From assembly GCA_040758355.1 (NCBI GenBank), contig JBFLWF010000005.1:1-64000 (forward strand): a DNA stretch of 64,000 nt. The letters are read 5' to 3'. The notes beneath the pieces were generated by a model. That model was not told the origin of the DNA. It worked only from the letters and a program-made list of their open reading frames with translations, and ran no database searches. The number at the start of each line of letters is the position of its first letter. Position 1 is the first letter of the stretch. Shown here in pieces: positions 58,164-64,000 of the stretch. Source of the stretch: Nitrospirota bacterium (GTDB taxonomy: Bacteria > Nitrospirota > Thermodesulfovibrionia > Thermodesulfovibrionales > Dissulfurispiraceae). The position numbers and the translations under genes were made by a program.

Positions 58164-61004
58164 TCACCTCCCTGCCATATTTATAAGTGCCTCCAGAAGC
58201 TCATCCGCAACGCTTATCATCTTTGCAGCAGCCTCAAAGGACTTTTGATATTTGATGAGGTTAGCAGCCTCTTCATCCAGATTGACTCCCGATGCCTCCT
58301 GCCTTTTCCTCTCCAGTTCTTCAACCATGGTGTTGTGGAATTTCTGGCTTATCTTTGCCGAGCTCGCTTCTACGCTGACATCGGTGACTATCGAACGGTA
58401 GTAATCGCTGGGCGTACTGCCTTTAATAAATCCGCTCAATGAAAGGGAAGCAATTAGTTTTGCATTACTATTGTCGCCGGGTAAAAATGGATACACTTCA
58501 AAATCGCTGGAATCGGTTCCTCCGCCGGATGTAATAATGGAATTAGAGATGAATCCAAAAACGGTTTCCGATGTAGTTGTTGTATGCGCCCAGTCCAAAA
58601 CGATACTATTCGGGTTTCCGCCGTTATTGGTGATAGTATATGCTTTGGTATTGAAATTGTACGTAACAGTATATGCATATGAAGTACTTGCATCAGCACT
58701 TTCCATGGCACTTTTCAATGCAAGCGCAAGCTCGTTCCTTGTATAGGTCCCCTTAGGGAGGGTAACAGTTATATACGAAGTACCTCCGTCTTCACTGAAC
58801 CTGATTGTATTATTTGAGCTGTCTATGACAATCGAGCCGCCTTTGATTTCATTTGTGCCTTCAGCATAACCTCCAACCGGGATAGTGGAATCGGAGTTAG
58901 GTGTAAACCCGAAAAGATCCTCAGCCGTTGTCGAGAGATTTGTCCAGTTTACAATGATCTGATTGGGATTGGGATTCGTACCGTTATTAAGAATCTTATA
59001 CTTGTTGGTTGCGGCATCAAACGCGACGGTATAGTTATAATTTGTGGCTCCGTCAGCCCTTTCAAGTGCCTGCTTAAGTACTTCCGCAAGCCTTACCCTT
59101 GTGTATATCCCTGCGGGTATAGTGGCGGTTACATACGTTGCTCCATTGTCTTCGCTGAACCTGATTGTATTATTTGAGCTGTTAACCTGAATATAGCCGG
59201 CCCCTACCTGAAAATCGCTGGAGTCAGAAGCAGCAGGGGCAATGGAAGAGTTCGCTGCAAAGGCAAATACATCCTCTGCTGTGGTATTCTGATGCGTCCA
59301 GTCAAAGATAATCGTCTGTGGATTCGGTGCACCAGCACCATCTATCTGATTGGTAATTATAAACCTTCTGTTAGTACTGTCATAAGCAACTGTATAATCA
59401 AAACCGCCTCCTGCAGCCTCCATTTGTGTTTCTAATTCTGCTGCAAGGGCGCTCCATGTGTATGTACCCGCTGTAAGGGTTATATTTGTATAGCCTCCTC
59501 CATTGTCTTCGCTAAACCTGATTGTATTGTTGGAGCTGTCTATAACTATGGTATTGAGATATGTCGGTGCTATATCGCCTGCCGCTGCAGCTACCTTATT
59601 GGGGTCTGAAATCGCTACACCCATATTCATAGCAGCATTGGAATAGGGGCGTATAGTGAATGTTTCAAAGGTCGGAGAAGTGGCTAACAAATTAGCCTGG
59701 GTACCGTCTATCTTGACATCGATACCGTAGAACTTAAGAGTCCTTGTGTTTGCAACAGTGGTATCGATATTAATCTTAGCGGTATTAACAGTTGTCCATG
59801 TCTTCCCATCTGTGGACTCCTGAATACGCCAGTAGATATCCACTCCACCGGCTTCTTCCTTTATATATTCATCCTTTTCCGATTGAGACAGCGCATTCCA
59901 CGTGGTCTCGTTTATATAATCTATTTTATACTGCTTTTCAAAATCCACCATATGAAGATTCGATATGGTCACATTGGCATCTGTAACAGACCCGCCGGAT
60001 GTGCTCGAATCCTTTGTCGTAAAAGGCGAGCTTATATTACTGAAGAAATAATTTCCTGTAGAGTTATCGAGCCCGTAGCCGCTCCTGTGGTATTCATTCA
60101 TTGTTAAAGTAAGGTCAAGGGCAAAGGCATTCAGCCTGTTCATAATGGAAGGGGTGTCGGTCTCCCTTAAATCAATATTCGCCTTTAACTCGCCGCTTGT
60201 TATATCATTGGTGATCTCCTTTGTTTCGCCGGGCAGAGTTATATAAAAATGCATGTTGTTTTCTGTATCGGTGGAAACGCTCATATTATAGGTCTCTCCC
60301 CCATCGATAAGGGGTGCCCCGCCTATGAGTATGGAATATCTGCCCACGTTATCCTCAAAGGTGCTGACCTTAACTATTTCATTCAGTCTCTCGATAAGAT
60401 AATCCCTCTGGTCTTTTAGATCCAATGCACCGGGGGATGTAGATATCTTTTCATTCAGATCCGCAATCTTTGCTGCAATGCTGTTTACCTCTGCCACGAG
60501 GCTCTGGCTGCTCTTGTATAACTCCGTACGTTCATCATCCAGTGACGAATACGCCCTGCTTATACGTGAGGTGAGATATTCGGCCTTTTTAATTAACAGC
60601 GTTCTCTGTGCATACCCTTCTGGATTCTGCGATACCTCCTGCCATGCATTGAAGAAATCCGTAATTGCAGGACTTATCCCTGTGTCTGATGCTTCATTAA
60701 AGACATTCTCTATTTTTACGATGCCCTTCTCATAGGCATCCCAGTATGAAAAACTCGATTTTTCCGTCCTTACCTGGAGACTGGCAAAGGTATCATACAT
60801 CCTCTTTATCTCTGTAATCCTGACTCCTCTGCCTGTCATGCCGACAGAGGTTATTGTTCCTGTAGGTATGTTTTCTAAGATAACATCCTGTCTCGTATAA
60901 CCCGGTGTTGAGGCATTGGCAACATTATGTGCCGTGGTATCGAGCGCCCTTCTTGTCGTCAGCAAGGCGGTTTTGCCGATGTCAAACAGGCCGAGTACAG
61001 ACAT
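58164..61004 (-). CDS. flgK: flagellar hook-associated protein 1, extended
   Basis: HNVANASTPGYTRQ, GDNSNA, SGVNLDEEAANLIKYQ. Confidence 0.93.
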   Translation of the reverse strand: MSVLGLFDIGKTALLTTRRALDTTAHNVANASTPGYTRQDVILENIPTGTITSVGMTGRGVRITEIKRMYDTFASLQVRTEKSSFSYWDAYEKGIVKIENVFNEASDTGISPAITDFFNAWQEVSQNPEGYAQRTLLIKKAEYLTSRISRAYSSLDDERTELYKSSQSLVAEVNSIAAKIADLNEKISTSPGALDLKDQRDYLIERLNEIVKVSTFEDNVGRYSILIGGAPLIDGGETYNMSVSTDTENNMHFYITLPGETKEITNDITSGELKANIDLRETDTPSIMNRLNAFALDLTLTMNEYHRSGYGLDNSTGNYFFSNISSPFTTKDSSTSGGSVTDANVTISNLHMVDFEKQYKIDYINETTWNALSQSEKDEYIKEEAGGVDIYWRIQESTDGKTWTTVNTAKINIDTTVANTRTLKFYGIDVKIDGTQANLLATSPTFETFTIRPYSNAAMNMGVAISDPNKVAAAAGDIAPTYLNTIVIDSSNNTIRFSEDNGGGYTNITLTAGTYTWSALAAELETQMEAAGGGFDYTVAYDSTNRRFIITNQIDGAGAPNPQTIIFDWTHQNTTAEDVFAFAANSSIAPAASDSSDFQVGAGYIQVNSSNNTIRFSEDNGATYVTATIPAGIYTRVRLAEVLKQALERADGATNYNYTVAFDAATNKYKILNNGTNPNPNQIIVNWTNLSTTAEDLFGFTPNSDSTIPVGGYAEGTNEIKGGSIVIDSSNNTIRFSEDGGTSYITVTLPKGTYTRNELALALKSAMESADASTSYAYTVTYNFNTKAYTITNNGGNPNSIVLDWAHTTTTSETVFGFISNSIITSGGGTDSSDFEVYPFLPGDNSNAKLIASLSLSGFIKGSTPSDYYRSIVTDVSVEASSAKISQKFHNTMVEELERKRQEASGVNLDEEAANLIKYQKSFEAAAKMISVADELLEALINMAGR

Positions 61005-61442
61005 TTATGCCTCCACCGATATCTTCCGGCGTGCGCTTACATCAAAGTTATTCAAAAAATTGTATGAGGTCTTTATATAATAAAGGGACTTCTCAATCAA
61101 TATGCTGTTAAATCTGTTAAGCTCTGATATGCTGTGGATTATGGATGTAAACTTGGAGGCTATGCTTGTCAATCTCTCCCTGTAACTGCTTTCTGCCATC
61201 CCGGCAACCTCGGATATGGTCTTGTTCTTAAAACCGAGGTTATCCAGTATCTTTTCACGGGTCTCGTCGCATACCCTTATCTGGGTTGTTATAGCCTCTT
61301 TGTCGCCCAGTAACAGCTCGAGTGCCCTTGGGTCAAGGCTCGCTATAACGTCTTTCTCTTTTTGCAAAAGCTCAACCAGTTGTGTACAGAGGGAAAGCTC
61401 CTTCTCCAGCACATCAATTAAATCCTCATACAAGTGAGTCAA
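61005..61442 (-). CDS. flgN: flagellar chaperone FlgN
   Basis: Helical protein between flgM and flgK; ELNRFNSILI. Confidence 0.8.
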   Translation of the reverse strand: MTHLYEDLIDVLEKELSLCTQLVELLQKEKDVIASLDPRALELLLGDKEAITTQIRVCDETREKILDNLGFKNKTISEVAGMAESSYRERLTSIASKFTSIIHSISELNRFNSILIEKSLYYIKTSYNFLNNFDVSARRKISVEA

Positions 61443-61719
61443 TGATAGCCTCCTTCAAAAGTTTGCCTGCTACCGCCTCGCCTTTGACATCGTAGGTTCC
61501 GGCATTGATAGCGTTTTTAATTTCCTCCACACGGTCTGCCCGTATCTCGGGGAGTTTACTGACCTCCACCTGGAGCCTGCCAATCTCTTTGGCCTTTTCC
61601 GAGACCGTTACCTGATCCTTGGATAAAACCTCCTCGGATCTTTCCCCTCCTTTTTCCTTAGGCCTGTCGGGCTTCTGTAAATTAGGCCCAACGACTTCTA
61701 ACTTATCCGTTATTCTCAT
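61426..61719 (-). CDS. flgM: anti-sigma28 factor FlgM
   Basis: DQVTVS, RADRVEEIKNAINAGTY. Confidence 0.9.
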   Translation of the reverse strand: MRITDKLEVVGPNLQKPDRPKEKGGERSEEVLSKDQVTVSEKAKEIGRLQVEVSKLPEIRADRVEEIKNAINAGTYDVKGEAVAGKLLKEAIIDSLV

Positions 61720-61780
61720 CTTCTTATCCTCCTTCTTTTGTTTTTATAGGTCTTATAAGTCTTATAAGACCTATATCTAT

Positions 61781-61807
61781 ATATCGGAGGATTTAACCAA
61801 AAATTAA
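61781..61807 (-). promoter_or_regulatory. sigma28-like promoter of flgM
   Basis: TTAA-N15-TCCGATAT against consensus TAAA-N15-GCCGATAA. Confidence 0.55.
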
Positions 61808-62496
61808 CCAATCATGCCCGTTGGATCTACCGGTACCCCTTCTTTCCTTACCTCAAAGTGCAGATGGGGACCTGTGGACCTCCCGGATGAGCCTGACAGT
61901 GCTAAAACTCTATTTTTATCAACAACATCTCCGGTCTTTACGAGATTTAAAGAATTATGGGCATAAAGGCTGGTCAGTCCGTTCTCATGCTCTATAATCA
62001 CGCAATTGCCGTATCCGGATGAAAAACCGCTGAAAACAACCCTACCAGGTGCCGCGGATGGCACGGGGGTACCCTCTGGCATGGCAATATCTATTCCGCT
62101 GTGATGCCTCAGCCTTCCATCAATGGGGTCATGCCTCAAACCGTATCTTGAAGTCACTTTGCCCACCGCAGGAAGTTTCAGCTTTCCGTCAAATGGTAAC
62201 GTGTTTTGGGGTAACGGGTTTTGGGATTTTGTATCCTGAATGCCTGCTGATGGGGTTCTTAAAAAGAAATCACCAACGCCTATGCCCCTTTCGGTAATGG
62301 ACTTGGCAATCTCTGATGTTATATAAGGCATATAGGTCGAAACAGTCCTGTCTTTGCCAAAGGATGTCTGCTCCATCATTATCCTTAAAAACTCGTTCAA
62401 AAAAACGGTTTCTATCTGCTTTGCCATGACCTTTGGGTCTGATGAGTCCTTGATTTGGAACTCAGGATTTGGAGTTATGCCTGCTACTGTCTTCAC
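61804..62496 (-). CDS. FlgJ-like rod-binding domain fused to an M23 peptidase
   Basis: AKQIETVFLNEFLRIM..GIG N-terminus; HSGID, YAH, HLHFE; sits in the flgJ position after flgI. Confidence 0.75.
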   Translation of the reverse strand: MKTVAGITPNPEFQIKDSSDPKVMAKQIETVFLNEFLRIMMEQTSFGKDRTVSTYMPYITSEIAKSITERGIGVGDFFLRTPSAGIQDTKSQNPLPQNTLPFDGKLKLPAVGKVTSRYGLRHDPIDGRLRHHSGIDIAMPEGTPVPSAAPGRVVFSGFSSGYGNCVIIEHENGLTSLYAHNSLNLVKTGDVVDKNRVLALSGSSGRSTGPHLHFEVRKEGVPVDPTGMIG

Positions 62497-63626
62497 ATTA
62501 TCACCAGTTCTGCCTTAAGACTTCCAGATGTCTTTATTGCTTGCAAAATTGCTACCAGATCCTTTGGCGTTACACCCAGCACGTTGAGCGCCTTGACAAG
62601 TTCGCCAATTGTTGTTCCCTTCACCTCTACCAGCGGCGCCTTTTTCTCTTCTGCCTTCATTTCTACCTTTGGAACAACTACTGTTTCTGCTGTTTTAGGC
62701 GCAAAGGGAGGTGGTTGAACTACTTCATATTCAACCTTAATCTCTATGGTTAATCCTCCGTGGGCAAGGGCAATGGGACTGATGGTTACATTGTCGCCTA
62801 TGACAATTGTGCCTGTCCTTTCATTGATAACAACCCTCGCAGGCACATCCACATCAACATTTATGAGTTCTATTTTTGACATCAAATCCACTACCCTGTT
62901 CGCATAGGCATCGGGTACCTTTATGGAGATGACAGAAGGACCCTCGGCCTTGGCAAAGACCCCTCCAAGACCCATATTTATCCTATCCGCAGTCTTTTTG
63001 GCAGTTGTGATATCCGGAACGGTCAATAAGAGATCAAGCCTGTTTTTGTCGTTTAATTGCACCGGCACCTCTTTCTCCACAATTGCGCCATTCGGAACCG
63101 AACCTGTATTAGGATGGTTCTTAATCGCCTGCGCACCTGCCCCCCCAGCCAGAAATCCGCCGATAGATACAGGGCCCTGTGCAACTGCATAGACATTTCC
63201 ATCAGGACCCTTCAAAGGCGCCATTAAAAGAGTTCCTCCCTGAAGACTCTTTGCATCTCCGATGGACGATACATGCACATCCACCTTTGATCCCGGCTTT
63301 ACCATTGTGGGCAGTTTTGCAGTAACTATTACTGCTGCTATATTCTTTGTCTTTCCCTTTATATCAGCAGCATTGACACTGATCCCCATTCTGGTGAGCA
63401 TGTTGGCAAAAGGCTGGAATATGTATGTTCCGTCCTTATCGCCTGTCCCGTTGAGTCCGACAACAAGACCGTATCCTATAAGCTCATTTTCCCTTATGCC
63501 GGAAAATGCGGCGATGTCCTTTATACGCTCAGCAAATGCCGTAATGCGTAATGCGTGAAGCGTTAAGAGTAAAAATACAATAAATACAAAATTAACGATT
63601 CTCTTTCCTTTCACTATTTCCTCCAA
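62493..63626 (-). CDS. flgI: flagellar P-ring protein (start possibly GTG 63614)
   Basis: RIKDI, GYGLVVGLNGTGD, SLQGGTLL, NERTGT. Confidence 0.96.
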   Translation of the reverse strand: MEEIVKGKRIVNFVFIVFLLLTLHALRITAFAERIKDIAAFSGIRENELIGYGLVVGLNGTGDKDGTYIFQPFANMLTRMGISVNAADIKGKTKNIAAVIVTAKLPTMVKPGSKVDVHVSSIGDAKSLQGGTLLMAPLKGPDGNVYAVAQGPVSIGGFLAGGAGAQAIKNHPNTGSVPNGAIVEKEVPVQLNDKNRLDLLLTVPDITTAKKTADRINMGLGGVFAKAEGPSVISIKVPDAYANRVVDLMSKIELINVDVDVPARVVINERTGTIVIGDNVTISPIALAHGGLTIEIKVEYEVVQPPPFAPKTAETVVVPKVEMKAEEKKAPLVEVKGTTIGELVKALNVLGVTPKDLVAILQAIKTSGSLKAELVIM

Positions 63627-63670
63627 TCAACATATTCTTATTACTCATTACGCATCACCCATTACGATTT

Positions 63671-64000
63671 TTAAAACGGCCACACCTTATCCAAAAACCT
63701 CACCAGCCAGCCCTGCGATTGCTTGTCGTCCAGAACGCCGTCGCCCACAAGGTATATCTGGGCATCAGCCACATACTGCGATGAAATCGTATTGTTCGGG
63801 GCTATGTCATCGGGTCTGACGATACCCCTCAATACCAGTATCTCCTTTTCATTGTTCACTACGACCTCTTTCCTCGATTCAAGCACCAAATTTGAATTAG
63901 GCAAAACCTCCACAACTTTTGCCGTTACAGTTCCCGCAAGCTTGCCTTCCCTTGTTGTATCGCCTTTTCCTTTGAAGTCGGATTCAGCATTTCCTTTAGC
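63671..64000 (-). CDS. flgH: flagellar L-ring protein, 5' end outside the window
   Basis: VVEVLPN, GIVRPDDI, VADAQI, GWL..WPF. Confidence 0.93.
   Translation of the reverse strand, partial: AKGNAESDFKGKGDTTREGKLAGTVTAKVVEVLPNSNLVLESRKEVVVNNEKEILVLRGIVRPDDIAPNNTISSQYVADAQIYLVGDGVLDDKQSQGWLVRFLDKVWPF

Noticed and set aside
1..64000. CRISPR array, rRNA, prophage, integrase at tRNA-Gln, selenocysteine read-through
   Set aside because: No regularly spaced repeat-spacer array, no rRNA or phage genes, no att duplication seen, and the only in-frame stop found is TAA rather than TGA.

Overview
Bacterial chromosomal window, mostly housekeeping genes. Gene content and protein style suggest an anaerobic diderm such as Nitrospirota/Thermodesulfovibrionia; this is inference only. 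In order it holds: a DUF362 Fe-S protein, rlmI, 6S RNA, rny-ymdB-OsmC, two toxin-antitoxin pairs (BrnTA, and MntA with a frameshifted HepT), hypD, a DUF438/PAS protein, moeA, a nonsense-split sensor diguanylate cyclase with a periplasmic binding protein, the TPR-ispE-tRNA-Gln-prs-rplY-pth-pepA run, a radical SAM/SPASM gene, a peptidoglycan-recycling cluster (nagZ, ampG, amidase, nagA, MurU-AmgK fusion, namZ), livHMGF, MoeA-PBP, M23/bactofilin, purM, nadC, valS, iscR-tusA-iscS-iscU, mlaEFD-tolC-mlaC, pyrKD, greA and a flagellar block (flgH-I-J-like-M-N-K-L, csrA, fliW). The top finding is an unannotated 20-aa Cys-rich ORF (MVIRKVSKKGSTTCKCKGSC, 22144-22206, minus). It has its own Shine-Dalgarno (SD), promoter-like motif and terminator, and lies directly behind a radical SAM/SPASM enzyme with a probable peptide-binding N-terminus, making it a candidate new RiPP system. 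Other signals: a promoter-and-terminator-bounded sRNA with an anti-SD seed, a GGA-loop (CsrA-site-like) inverted-repeat element, a nested MITE family, palindromic and 7/8-mer tandem-repeat insertions in frame within housekeeping proteins, and many apparently leaderless genes.
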